Assembly: GCA_964385155.1 (NCBI GenBank)
Contig: CAYLNG010000003.1
Location: 74,784 to 138,783, forward strand
DNA: 64,000 nt
Reading direction: 5' to 3'
Source: an uncultured Verrucomicrobiota bacterium
Lineage (GTDB): Bacteria; Verrucomicrobiota; Kiritimatiellia; SS1-B-03-39; UBA6053
Below the pieces are notes generated by a model. It saw nothing but the letters and a program-made list of their open reading frames with translations, had not been told where the DNA came from and did no database searches. Shown here one piece after another: positions 33,850 to 43,415 of the stretch. The translations under genes and the position numbers were made by a program. The stretch's first letter is position 1, and each line of letters begins with the position of its first letter.

Positions 33850-34905
33850 TTAGAACGCGCCGAAGAAAATACTGGTGAAGGTCGTGAGTGGCGCGGTCTC
33901 GCGGAAATCGTCGAGGGTCGCCCGCGCCTCGTCGACAAGCCCTTCGACCTTTACGTAGATGGAGTCCTCGTTGATGAGTCGGCCGAGGGTGCCCTGCTGG
34001 CGGGCAAGATCAGAGGAAAAGGCCTTGAGGGAGGCGAGGGTATCGGCGAGATCGCGGTAGAGGGTGTCATCGGAACTGAGGAGCTTGCCGAGGGAGCCCT
34101 CGCCCTTTTCGAGGCGGGCGATGATCCTGCGGGCATCGGCGGTGGCGGTGCCGAGTTCCCGGAGGGTGGTGGCGAGGTCATTGTAGAGGGAGTCGTCTTC
34201 GGAAAGGAGTTTGCCGATCATACCCTTGCCTTCCGACAAGCGGGTGGTGACCTCCCGCAGATGTCCCCCGGACACCTTGAGGTCCGTGACCAGCGCGCGT
34301 GCGTCCTCGTAGAGACCGTCCTCCCGGATCAGCCGTCCGATGGTCCCCCTGCCCTCCCTCACCTCTGCGGTGATGTCACGCAGGTTCGCCGAAACGTCCC
34401 GGATGTTGTCCAGAGTCCCCTCTTCTACGAGTGATTTGCGGATGCTCTCCAAGGTCCTGGTGGCCTCGCCCATGAGGTCTGGCGTGGGCTCTCCCCGAAG
34501 GTCCATGTACTCCGCCTCGGGGACGACCGGAAGGGAGGAGGACCCTTCCTCGATGAGGAGGCGCATCCCCCCCAGCATGGAGGAAGACTGGATCACCAGA
34601 GAGTAATCCTCGTAGAGGCGGATGTCGCGGGTCAGGCGCATGCGCACCCGGACGCCGGCCTCGTTTTCGTCCACCTCGATGCGGTTGATATTGCCAATCT
34701 TGACGCCGCGCAGGAAGACGCCCTCGCCCTCCTTGAGTCCCCCGACATCCGGGAAGAGGGCCTCGAGGAAGACCTTCTTTTCCCAGAATTTGTTCTGGGA
34801 GATGACGACCGTGAGGGTCAGCAGGACGACGAGGATGGTGAACATGAAGGCGCCCACCACGATCTCGGTGGTCACGTCGTTGCGTCGCTTCTGGGTTTGG
34901 CTCAT
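33850..34905 (-). CDS. mlaD: MlaD/MCE-family protein with extended helical C-terminus
   Basis: N-terminal TM (VVGAFMFTILVVLLTLTVV) followed by an MCE domain (GLKEGEGVFLRGVKIGNINRIEVDE). Repetitive helical segments (GxIGRLI/GKLL) follow. ATGA overlap with mlaF. Confidence 0.8.
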   Translation of the reverse strand: MSQTQKRRNDVTTEIVVGAFMFTILVVLLTLTVVISQNKFWEKKVFLEALFPDVGGLKEGEGVFLRGVKIGNINRIEVDENEAGVRVRMRLTRDIRLYEDYSLVIQSSSMLGGMRLLIEEGSSSLPVVPEAEYMDLRGEPTPDLMGEATRTLESIRKSLVEEGTLDNIRDVSANLRDITAEVREGRGTIGRLIREDGLYEDARALVTDLKVSGGHLREVTTRLSEGKGMIGKLLSEDDSLYNDLATTLRELGTATADARRIIARLEKGEGSLGKLLSSDDTLYRDLADTLASLKAFSSDLARQQGTLGRLINEDSIYVKVEGLVDEARATLDDFRETAPLTTFTSIFFGAF

Positions 34906-35672
34906 GACAGGATTCTCCCTGGAAACTCTTCGAAGAAGTTGGGGCTGATGCACTGGGAATCGAGGAAACCGCGGACGATGGGGTTCGCGGAGTGGAGGAA
35001 ATCTCGGGGGGGACTGACCTCCAGAACCGTCCCCTGGTGGAGCATGGCGATGCGGTCGGAGATCGTCAGAGCACTGATCATGTCGTGGGTGACCACCACG
35101 CTGGTCACGCCGAGGTCTTGTTGGAGCTTGAAGATCAGCTCGTCGATCGTGCGCGAGGTCACCGGATCCAGCCCCGAGGTCGGCTCGTCATACAGGAGAA
35201 TGTCCGGCTCCGTCACCACGGCCCGGGCCAAGCCCGCGCGTTTCTGCATGCCGCCCGAAATGTCAGCTGGCCGCTTGCCCGCGGCTTCCAAGAGATTTAC
35301 TTTCTCCAGGACCGACAGCACTTTCGCTTCGATCTCGTCGTCCCCCAACCGCGTGTTCTCGCGCAGGGGAAGCGCCACATTGTCGTATACCGTCATCCAT
35401 TGCAGCAGCGCCGAACTCTGGAAGAGGTAGCCAAAACGCGAACGCAGCCGCGACAAGTCCCGGGGCCCCATCCCGCCCATCGACTGGCCGTCGATCTGGA
35501 TTTCCCCGGAACTGGGACGGAGCAGACCCACCATGTGTTTGAGGGTGACGCTTTTGCCGGCGCCGGAGGTGCCCACGAGGGAAAGGGTTTCGCCTTTGAG
35601 CACATCGAGGTCGAACCCGCGCAGGACGGGTTTTCCCAAAAATTCCTTCCTGACATTGATGAAGCGGATCAT
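34902..35672 (-). CDS. mlaF: ABC transporter ATP-binding protein MlaF
   Basis: LVGTSGAGKSV (Walker A), ISGGMQKRAGLARA (signature) and ILLYDEPTSGLD (Walker B). Located between mlaE and mlaD. Confidence 0.88.
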   Translation of the reverse strand: MIRFINVRKEFLGKPVLRGFDLDVLKGETLSLVGTSGAGKSVTLKHMVGLLRPSSGEIQIDGQSMGGMGPRDLSRLRSRFGYLFQSSALLQWMTVYDNVALPLRENTRLGDDEIEAKVLSVLEKVNLLEAAGKRPADISGGMQKRAGLARAVVTEPDILLYDEPTSGLDPVTSRTIDELIFKLQQDLGVTSVVVTHDMISALTISDRIAMLHQGTVLEVSPPRDFLHSANPIVRGFLDSQCISPNFFEEFPGRILS

Positions 35673-36481
35673 CCGTAGAACAGTTTGGTGAGAATGAAGC
35701 CTGTGATGAGGATCGTAAGGAAGGAGATGACCACGGTGGCCCGCGTGGCGCGGCCGACGCCCACTGCGCCTCCCGTGGTGGTCAGCCCCTCGTGGCAGGC
35801 CACCAGATTGATGATGAACCCGAAACAGGCGGCCTTGAGCAGGCCTGTGTACAAATCCTTGTTCTCGGCGTAGAGTACGGCGTTGTCGACATAGGCCTGG
35901 AGTTCGATGCCAAGCTGGGTCAGGCCGATGAGGGCGCCGCCGGCAACGGCGAGGAGATTGGTGTAGAGGGTGAGCATCGGAAGCATGACCAGCATGGCCA
36001 CAAGGCGTGGCATGACCAGGAAACGCACGGGGTCGATCGACATGATCTCGAGGGCGGCGATCTCCTCACTGACCGTCATGGTGCCGAGCTGGGCCGCGAT
36101 GCTGGAACCCACCGAGGCCGCGATGATCAGCGCCGTCATGAAGGGCCCCATCTCACGGAGCATAACGACGGTGACGGCCCCGCCCACCTGGACCTCCTGG
36201 CCGAAGCGTTGCAGCTCAATGCCGGTCTGCACGGCAAAGATCATGCCGATGAAGAAGGCGACAACGGAGAGGACGGGGAGGCTGCGGATGCCGGTGAGGA
36301 ACAACTGGTGGGCGACTTCCGAGCGCATGCGGCGGTCGAACATCCGGGGAATGAGCATCGTCGCCCGGAGGTTCATGAGCAGGGCCTGGCCCAGTTGCTG
36401 CCAGAAAGAGATCATGTTGTAGCCCCACCTGGCAAAGAGGCTGTCGCATTCAGGGCATTGGTAGGGCTCGCGCGTGATCAT
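35669..36481 (-). CDS. mlaE: ABC transporter permease MlaE
   Basis: 270 aa polytopic membrane protein with MlaE-like segments (LREMGPFMTALIIAASVGSSIAAQLGTMTVSEEIAALE). ATGA overlaps on both sides. Confidence 0.85.
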   Translation of the reverse strand: MITREPYQCPECDSLFARWGYNMISFWQQLGQALLMNLRATMLIPRMFDRRMRSEVAHQLFLTGIRSLPVLSVVAFFIGMIFAVQTGIELQRFGQEVQVGGAVTVVMLREMGPFMTALIIAASVGSSIAAQLGTMTVSEEIAALEIMSIDPVRFLVMPRLVAMLVMLPMLTLYTNLLAVAGGALIGLTQLGIELQAYVDNAVLYAENKDLYTGLLKAACFGFIINLVACHEGLTTTGGAVGVGRATRATVVISFLTILITGFILTKLFYG

Positions 36482-37911
36482 GGCGTGGGGTTCTCCTCCT
36501 GTTTACCCCCGAAACGGAAAAGGTACAGCAGACGCCACGAGGTTTTGTGGCCCTCGCGTGTCCGGGACAACAGCCCCTTGAGCAGCGAGAAATGCCCGCG
36601 ATCCGGCTCACGACTCCAGCTGAAAAGAGGAAAGAGGCTGCGGTGGCGGCTGTCGTCCCCTCGTTTCCCCGATCGCCAAAGCCCCCACAGGATCTCCGTG
36701 TCCACCGCTTCCCCCACTTTTTCGCGAGAATACAAACGCCAGAACGGCTCGAGGTTGCGCTCAATCGGTCCGCCGCGCATCGGGTTGAGGTCTGGGAACA
36801 CTGTGCGGCTGCTTTCCCCTCCGTTGCGCGACTGATGCGAGAACAGGGGCCAGACCTTGGTGTAGCACATCGAGTCGGCGTGGGTGCCGGCCTCCGGTTC
36901 TTCCCGGAAGTGCTGAAAGATGGGAAGGAAAAATAGGCGCCGCATCTCGGTGTTGCCCCGGCGGATGCGTTCGTGGGAACCGAGCGGCCAAAGGAAAAAG
37001 CCGCTGGAGACGCCGCCGATGCGTTTGCGGCCGTAGAGGGGCCAAAGGTAGAATTTGTCCAGGTCCTCGTCCCTCTCGTGCTGGAGAAAGGGCCAGGGGC
37101 CATAGAGACGCCCCCGTTCCTCGCCTCGGGTGTAGCGAAAGAAAGGGGGAAACAGCCACCACGTCTCTTGGTCGCCCAAACGGGCGTGGCCGGCCAGCGG
37201 GAAGAGTACCCATCCCGACCCTTCCGTCCGCGGATCGCTGCTGCGGATGGATGTCCAGAAGGGCCACATCACGAAGCTGACACGCCCCTTGCCTTCCTGT
37301 TCTGTGTAGCCAAAGAAGGGAAAAACCCGGAATCGGCGCAGACCGGGGCCTTCCGTGCGGGAATAGACCGGCCAGAACCAGCTTGAAGCGCGGGTCTGCC
37401 GGACCACGCTACGGATTCGCAGCGGGAACAGGGTGAACTCCACGCGGTCCCAGAAGAGGAACTCTCGGATTGTGCCGTGGAGGGGGAATAAGGCTCGATA
37501 CGCATTGCCATCCTTGTCGCGTCCCGAGAACCAGAAAGGAAGGATCCAAAGCCGGCGGCGGGAGGCGGGATCGTCCACGTCCCAATCGACGCCGAAGGCG
37601 AGGAGTACGCGCCAGTAGCGATGGTCTCCCCGGCGAGCGGCGCTGGCGAGAGGCCAGAGGATTTCCCGGCGGGTCACGGCCGACTCGGCTTCGGTCCAGC
37701 GCACGGTGAAGGGGCGAAAGGCCTGGAAATTGTCGCCCTGGGGCGTTTGGATCGATTCGACGATCGGACCGAAGCTCTTGCGGCGTGTGTTTCCGTGGGG
37801 ATCCGTTCCCTCGTACAGGATGGGGCCCCAATCCCGACGCACCCACGAGGGCTGCGCATTCAGTGCGCCCCCCAGCAGAAACATCAAGACAACAAAGCCC
37901 CGGCGGACCAT
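36478..37911 (-). CDS. Secreted repeat protein of unknown function (recurrent aromatic-W-P-[LF] motif)
   Basis: 477 aa from ATG 37911 with signal peptide MVRRGFVVLMFLLGGALNAQP. At least 10 irregular repeats such as ILWPLAS, FWFSGRD, WFWPVYS, VMWPFWT, YLWPLYG, FLWPLGS, KVWPLFS. TGATG overlap with glmM and ATGA overlap with mlaE. Confidence 0.65.
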   Translation of the reverse strand: MVRRGFVVLMFLLGGALNAQPSWVRRDWGPILYEGTDPHGNTRRKSFGPIVESIQTPQGDNFQAFRPFTVRWTEAESAVTRREILWPLASAARRGDHRYWRVLLAFGVDWDVDDPASRRRLWILPFWFSGRDKDGNAYRALFPLHGTIREFLFWDRVEFTLFPLRIRSVVRQTRASSWFWPVYSRTEGPGLRRFRVFPFFGYTEQEGKGRVSFVMWPFWTSIRSSDPRTEGSGWVLFPLAGHARLGDQETWWLFPPFFRYTRGEERGRLYGPWPFLQHERDEDLDKFYLWPLYGRKRIGGVSSGFFLWPLGSHERIRRGNTEMRRLFFLPIFQHFREEPEAGTHADSMCYTKVWPLFSHQSRNGGESSRTVFPDLNPMRGGPIERNLEPFWRLYSREKVGEAVDTEILWGLWRSGKRGDDSRHRSLFPLFSWSREPDRGHFSLLKGLLSRTREGHKTSWRLLYLFRFGGKQEENPTP

Positions 37912-39281
37912 CACCCCCCCCCCAGGGCGAGGCTCACCTCCCGCGCAATGTCCGCCGCCAACGAATCGGTCACCGCCGCCGTGGGCCCTTCCACCATCAC
38001 ACGGCACATCGACTGGGTTCCGCTGTAGCGCACCAAGACCCGACCGTCTCCTGCCAAGCGCTTTTCCGCCGCGGCCACCGCCTGCTGGATCGACTTCACC
38101 TCCTCCAGCGGCGGCTTGTCGACCACGTTGACATTGATGAGTTTCTGCGGGAAAAGTGACATCACCTGCGACAATTCCGAGAGCCTTTTTTTCTCCGTGC
38201 GCATCACGCTGAGGAGTTGGAGCGCAGCCAGAATGCCGTCACCGGTCGTGTGGAACTCACGGCAGATGAGGTGGCCACTCTGCTCGCCGCCGATGACCGC
38301 CCCGGTCTCGAGCATTTTCTGAAGGACATACCGGTCGCCCACGTTGGCCAACTCCAAGTCGACCTCCATGTCCCGCATCGCTTTCACGAAGCCAAAATTG
38401 CTCATGACGGTTGTGACAACGCTGTTATTGGCCAGGCGGCCCTCGGCCTTCATGCGGCGGGCCAGGATGGCGACGATGTGGTCACCGGTGAGTTCGCTGC
38501 CCCGCTCGTCCACGGCAATGAGCCGGTCCCCGTCACCATCAAAGGCCAAACCGATGTCCGCACGGGTCTCGCGAACCTTGCGGATGAGATCCTCGGGGTG
38601 CTGGGAACCGCAGTTGTCGTTGATATTTGTGCCATCCGGCTGGTTATGGATCGCGAACACTTCCGCGCCCATCTCCTCAAAAATGATCGGCGCCGCCTTG
38701 TACGTTGCACCGTTCGCGCAGTCCAGCACGATTCGGAGACCCTCCAGCGACAGCGCCGCAGGAAACGTATTTTTGCAGAAGACGATGTAGCGGCCCGTGG
38801 CATCGTCGATCCGCTTGGCGCGACCCACCTCGTTGGAGACAGGCCGCAGGTCGCGGATCTTGCCGGTGAGGATGATGTCCTCGATCTCATCCTCCAGCGC
38901 ATCGGGGAACTTGAAGCCGTCGGGCCCGAAAATCTTGATTCCATTGTCCTCAAAGGGATTGTGGGAAGCCGAGAGCACAAGTCCGGCATCCGCCCGCATG
39001 CTCATGGTGGTAAACGCGATGCCGGGCGTCGGCATCGGCCCCAGCAGCAGAACGTCAGCGCCCATTGAACAGATCCCCGCTGAAAGGGCGTTCTCAAGCA
39101 TATAGCCGCTCGCACGGGTGTCCTTGCCAATCACGATCCGGCGGCGGGGGCCCTTCGATCGACGGCGGTTCCGGTTGCACACGTGCGCCGTGGCCCGCCC
39201 GATCTCCAGCACGTTTTCCGGGGTCATTTGCCCAACATTCGCAATGCCGCGCACACCGTCCGTTCCAAACATTCTTGCCAT
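37911..39281 (-). CDS. glmM: Phosphoglucosamine mutase GlmM
   Basis: MFGTDGVRG start, active-site SASHNPFEDNGIK, GDGDRLI metal site and GEQSGH sugar-binding loop. Confidence 0.95.
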   Translation of the reverse strand: MARMFGTDGVRGIANVGQMTPENVLEIGRATAHVCNRNRRRSKGPRRRIVIGKDTRASGYMLENALSAGICSMGADVLLLGPMPTPGIAFTTMSMRADAGLVLSASHNPFEDNGIKIFGPDGFKFPDALEDEIEDIILTGKIRDLRPVSNEVGRAKRIDDATGRYIVFCKNTFPAALSLEGLRIVLDCANGATYKAAPIIFEEMGAEVFAIHNQPDGTNINDNCGSQHPEDLIRKVRETRADIGLAFDGDGDRLIAVDERGSELTGDHIVAILARRMKAEGRLANNSVVTTVMSNFGFVKAMRDMEVDLELANVGDRYVLQKMLETGAVIGGEQSGHLICREFHTTGDGILAALQLLSVMRTEKKRLSELSQVMSLFPQKLINVNVVDKPPLEEVKSIQQAVAAAEKRLAGDGRVLVRYSGTQSMCRVMVEGPTAAVTDSLAADIAREVSLALGGG

Positions 39282-39294
39282 GGGAGTCTCCAGG

Positions 39295-40455
39295 TTAAGG
39301 GGGGGGAATGGATCCCGCGAGGGCCGTAAGGCCGTCGACGATTTCCACGAGGGAAAGGGTGATCCGCTGTTTTTGTTCCGGGCCCAGGGAGGCTACGGCG
39401 GCGGGATGTGCCGCCCCTCCCCCGGGATGGAGGTCGGCCAAGGCCTGCTCGCAGGGCTCGCGGCTTCCGGCCCTCGCAAGCACCTCTTCCCTTATTTCTG
39501 TCCATCGGCGGGCGGCGGGCCCTCCCACGAGATCCGACAGCTTGTCCACCTGACGGCAACGCTCCTCCACGGATTCGGCCAGCAGACGCGTGGCCCCCTC
39601 CACGCAGGCCTTCCGCCATGGATCCCCCGCGGCACCACGCGCGCGGAAGCCCTGATACCAAGCCCGTAGGGCGAGCAGGTTTCCGATGTAGCGGAGGTTG
39701 GCCTCCACCCTGCGCGGGAAATCCCGGATTCTGCCGGGGGCATACGCCAGCAGGCGTTCTTTGGCGCCTCCAGACTGGTACAGGTGCCCAGGTTCATGCA
39801 GGTCGCGCCGCAATACCGTACCGGCTGCCTGCACCACGCCATAGGCGACCGATACCGGCCCCACCATCCCCCCTTGCCCCCCCAAGAAAATCGGCTCTTC
39901 CCCGAGCAGGACCCCGCGGGGAACATCGCCGACCAACGAGGGCGTCGCCTTGTCCCCGTGGGGCGTGAAATTAAAATGGATGAAGGACGAGCCGACCTCA
40001 CTGTGGTCACGCCGCCCCCTGCCCCCCGCCATTAACACATCGCAGAAATTGACCAAGCTCCCTAGCGTCACAAACGAGAGAAGGACGGTCTGTTTCAAGC
40101 CTACGGCATGCGCTCCCGAGGCCTCCTCCTCCAGGAGGCAACCCGGGCGAACATGCGCGGAGGATCCCATCGAGCTCTTGTCCAGGAAGACAGACCCTTG
40201 AAAGAAACCACCCTTGAGCGATACCCCGTGTCCCACTTGGCAATCCAAGACCGTTGCCGGCGTCTCCCCCCCGATTTGGCACCCGGGCCCCAGACTCAAC
40301 GAAGCCCCGCCCAGCCGCGTGCCCGGATACAAAACAACACCCTCCGCGATCCGGGATGGATCAACGGAGGGATCCACGTACACGGAGGAGGGGTGGGGAA
40401 CGAGCACGCCCCTTTCAAGAAGAGCGACGAGTTCTGGCGGCAGGCTGGACTTCAT
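39295..40455 (-). CDS. Left-handed beta-helix (hexapeptide-repeat) protein, GlmU C-terminal-domain-like, with C-terminal helical extension
   Basis: 386 aa from ATG 40455 (the ORF-track start at 40524 is TTG). The N-terminal two thirds show an imperfect hexapeptide-repeat periodicity. Directly upstream of glmM on the same strand. Confidence 0.55.
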   Translation of the reverse strand: MKSSLPPELVALLERGVLVPHPSSVYVDPSVDPSRIAEGVVLYPGTRLGGASLSLGPGCQIGGETPATVLDCQVGHGVSLKGGFFQGSVFLDKSSMGSSAHVRPGCLLEEEASGAHAVGLKQTVLLSFVTLGSLVNFCDVLMAGGRGRRDHSEVGSSFIHFNFTPHGDKATPSLVGDVPRGVLLGEEPIFLGGQGGMVGPVSVAYGVVQAAGTVLRRDLHEPGHLYQSGGAKERLLAYAPGRIRDFPRRVEANLRYIGNLLALRAWYQGFRARGAAGDPWRKACVEGATRLLAESVEERCRQVDKLSDLVGGPAARRWTEIREEVLARAGSREPCEQALADLHPGGGAAHPAAVASLGPEQKQRITLSLVEIVDGLTALAGSIPPP

Positions 40456-40528
40456 GCGAAGCCATGATTTGCACGAAGAAAGGCCCTCGGTCAATGCAGA
40501 AGCATGATCCACAGGCGGGGGCAACGTC

Positions 40529-41197
40529 CTACAGGCCCGCCTCCCCGCTTTCCCCCGCCGAAATTCGGGCCATGGCGAAGGAGGCCACCACGCTTTTCCA
40601 AATGGGCACCATCTCGCGCATTCGGGGGAGGAGGGCTTGCAGATGGGCCTCCAGCAGGCGCAGGCGCTCGTTTTCGTCGGTCATCGAAAGAAAACGGCGC
40701 TGCGTTTCGGCATCGAGGCCGGAGCAGGCCCCCACGGCAAAAGCGAGGCCCTCCCGCCGGTTGTAGAAACTGTCGGGGGGTTCGTCCCCCGTGGCGAGCA
40801 CAAGAAGCTGGCGGTGGAGGCCATACACATGGGTGGCCAGATCATCGTCCCAGTCCTCCGTTTGGTCCCGGAAATCATGAATTCGCGCGGATTCATAGCT
40901 GTGAAGAAGCAGGCGGTCGTCCACCCGGACACGTCGGCGCCCCTCCACCAGGATGTTGGCCGTGCCATCGGGCTGTTGATCCAGGATTTTGGTGACGGCC
41001 ACGGCTGTTCCAACCGGGTCGATGTCGGAACCATCCCAATGCGCAATTACAAAGTCTCCAGCAGGGCGTGGGTGGAGGAGGCAATGGGCCAGCATCTCGC
41101 GGTATCGGGGTTCGAAAAGGTGCAAGGCTATCGTCTCTCCCGGAAACACCACAAGGGGGAGGGGAAAAAGGGGTAAGGTTGTGGCAGAGGCATCCAT
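40529..41197 (-). CDS. LON substrate-binding (LonN) domain protein
   Basis: LPLFPLPLVVFPGETIALHLFEPRYREML is the hallmark start of the Lon N-terminal domain. 222 aa, with no ATPase or protease domain. Confidence 0.75.
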   Translation of the reverse strand: MDASATTLPLFPLPLVVFPGETIALHLFEPRYREMLAHCLLHPRPAGDFVIAHWDGSDIDPVGTAVAVTKILDQQPDGTANILVEGRRRVRVDDRLLLHSYESARIHDFRDQTEDWDDDLATHVYGLHRQLLVLATGDEPPDSFYNRREGLAFAVGACSGLDAETQRRFLSMTDENERLRLLEAHLQALLPRMREMVPIWKSVVASFAMARISAGESGEAGL

Positions 41198-41718
41198 ACA
41201 AAAAAATCTCTGGAGAAACCGTATCCTTACAAAATCCAAAAGCCCACTTGAGGCCCCTGCATGGGTTTGAGGGCATGTGGGCGGGAACGGATGGCGCCCC
41301 CCCCCTCCCTTTTTTTGCCGTGAAACGACACACCCAAGAGTCGCTGTTGGATTTCAACCTTGTGTGAAACATGCGGCATGCTGGTTTCACACGAAGTTCA
41401 CACCCCTCGGGCCACAGTGAGGCTCCTGATTGGACAGCTATGGCTGCGGGAGGCTGTGGGGTTCGGGGGCCTTACGACAATCCGTATGTGACATGGGAAC
41501 GGCCCTGCACAGGCTTACCCCTAAAAACATAAGCCTGGCAACCCGTTGTGGGCGGTGTGCGTCAAGCTGATTCGGGCGCGTTCCGGAAGGGATGCGGCCA
41601 TGGGGGTGGTCATGTGGATCCTGGGTGGGGGCGACGAGACGAAAGCCCGCATTTCGCACCCCTCTCCCCCCCCCCCCCAGCGCCCTGCCACAGGGTGGCA
41701 GGGCTGGGGAAGGCGTGA

Positions 41719-42651
41719 TCAGCCAAGATACTGCTGGAACAGCCAGGTGGAGAGGTAGCGCTCCCCGGTGTCACAACCGATCGTCACAATCTTCTTTCCT
41801 GCATTCTCGGGGCGTTTTGCGAACTCCACAGCTGCATGGACATTGCCACCCGCGGAGATCCCCAGCAGGATACCTTCCTCCCGCGCACAACGGCGCGCCA
41901 TCTCACCCGCCTCGTCCTCCGTGATCTGGATCACTTCATCCACCACGTCCGCATGGTAGTTGTTCGGCTGGAATCCCGCTCCAATGCCTTGGATCTTGTG
42001 TTTGCCCGGCTTGCCGCCACTGAGCACCGGCGAACTCTTGGGCTCCACCGCGACCGCCCGGAACGAGGGATTCTTTTCTTTGAGGTATCGCCCGGCGCCA
42101 CTCACCGTTCCTCCAGTCCCAACCCCGGCAACCAGCGCGTCCACCTTGCCCTCCAGGTCTTCCCAGATCTCCGGTCCCGTCGTAGTGTAGTGGATCGCAG
42201 GGTTCGCGGGATTGTTGAACTGCTGCGGCATAAACGAACCCTCCGTCGCCTTGTGCAACTCTTCCGCTTTCGCGATCGCTCCCGGCATTCCGTTCTCCGC
42301 AGGCGTCAACACCAGCTCCGCCCCCAGGATTTTCAACAGATGCCTGCGCTCCAGGCTCATGCTCTCCGGCATGCACAGAATGCAGCGATACCCCTTCGCC
42401 GCCGCCACAAACGCCAACGCGATCCCCGTGTTCCCCGAGGTCGGCTCGATGATCACCCCGCCCGGCTTCAGCACACCTTCTTTCTCCGCCGCTTCGATCA
42501 TCGCCTTCCCAATGCGATCCTTTACGCTGTACAGTGGATTGCGCGATTCCAGCTTCACGTACACCTCCGCCACGCACCCTTCCGTCACGCGGTTCAACTT
42601 CACGAGCGGCGTGTGGCCAACGGTTTCCACAATGTTTGCATAGGCGGGCAT
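41719..42651 (-). CDS. cysK: Cysteine synthase A (O-acetylserine sulfhydrylase)
   Basis: TPLVKLNRV...[16 protein letters not shown] (PLP lysine), [12 protein letters not shown] and GTGGTVSG loops. Confidence 0.93.
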   Translation of the reverse strand: MPAYANIVETVGHTPLVKLNRVTEGCVAEVYVKLESRNPLYSVKDRIGKAMIEAAEKEGVLKPGGVIIEPTSGNTGIALAFVAAAKGYRCILCMPESMSLERRHLLKILGAELVLTPAENGMPGAIAKAEELHKATEGSFMPQQFNNPANPAIHYTTTGPEIWEDLEGKVDALVAGVGTGGTVSGAGRYLKEKNPSFRAVAVEPKSSPVLSGGKPGKHKIQGIGAGFQPNNYHADVVDEVIQITEDEAGEMARRCAREEGILLGISAGGNVHAAVEFAKRPENAGKKIVTIGCDTGERYLSTWLFQQYLG

Positions 42652-42998
42652 GACTTTTCTCCAGGGGGTTCCCCGCTGTTTACAACGGGTTCAGGGGTGT
42701 TAGGACGATATGTCGATAAGGTTTGTAGAGATTTGATTACCCCGCCTCTCTCCATCTTCAAGCCCAAAACGCAAAAAATCATGTTCCCACAGCCGGATTT
42801 TTCACTTGTCATCGAGCCGTGCGGGCATAGTAAGGAGCCATGCAATCCCGAAACCTCTGGCATCCCCACGCGCAGGGCCCCGGCCGACGGTGACCGCACC
42901 GGTCGGATGACGGAAGGCCCCGGCTTGCCACACAGGTCCGGGGTTTTTTGTTTTCGGAAATCCCCCATGTTTGCAACCCCCTCCCCTCCCCCACGCCC

Positions 42999-43415
42999 AT
43001 GTCAAAAGAACTCGAAGAAGGCAGCTCGTTCACCCTCGACTGGAGCAAACTGAAGAAAGTCGCGGACCGGAACCCGGATGTGGTGCCCGTCGCGGTGCAG
43101 AATGCCGACACGGGCGAGGTCATTTTGGTCGCCTATGCCAATGAACAGGCCCTGGAACATTCGATCCACACGGGAAACGCCACCTTCTGGTCGACCTCGC
43201 GCCGTGAACTCTGGGAAAAGGGAGCCTCATCCGGGGAGACCTTCGAGCTGCTCGAAGTCCGGGTGAACTGCGAGCAAAATTCGCTGCTCTACATTGTCCG
43301 CCCCCGTCGCGGGGGCATCTGCCATACGAAAGACGGCGAAGGCCGCCCCCGCTCCGGCTGTTATTACCGAAAACTTGATTTCAACACCCGCACCCTCGTC
43401 CAGCTCCATCCATGA
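42999..43415 (+). CDS. hisI: Phosphoribosyl-AMP cyclohydrolase HisI (monofunctional)
   Basis: VPVAVQNADTGEVILVAYANEQAL...FWSTSRRELWEKGASSGETFELLEVRVNCEQNSLLYIV...CHT is a HisI signature. 138 aa from internal ATG 42999. Overlaps the trpE start. Confidence 0.88.
   Translation: MSKELEEGSSFTLDWSKLKKVADRNPDVVPVAVQNADTGEVILVAYANEQALEHSIHTGNATFWSTSRRELWEKGASSGETFELLEVRVNCEQNSLLYIVRPRRGGICHTKDGEGRPRSGCYYRKLDFNTRTLVQLHP

Noticed and set aside
41240-41718. The 480-bp gene-free region between cysK and the LonN-domain gene, considered as a riboswitch or sRNA locus. It includes the hairpin gtgtgaaac...gtttcacac at 41362-41392 and a cctaaaaac string at about 41521 resembling the end of the 161-nt element.
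   Set aside because: No recognisable riboswitch core. The hairpins are short and isolated. The 9-nt match to the repeat element is too short to be meaningful. The region most simply holds a promoter or leader.
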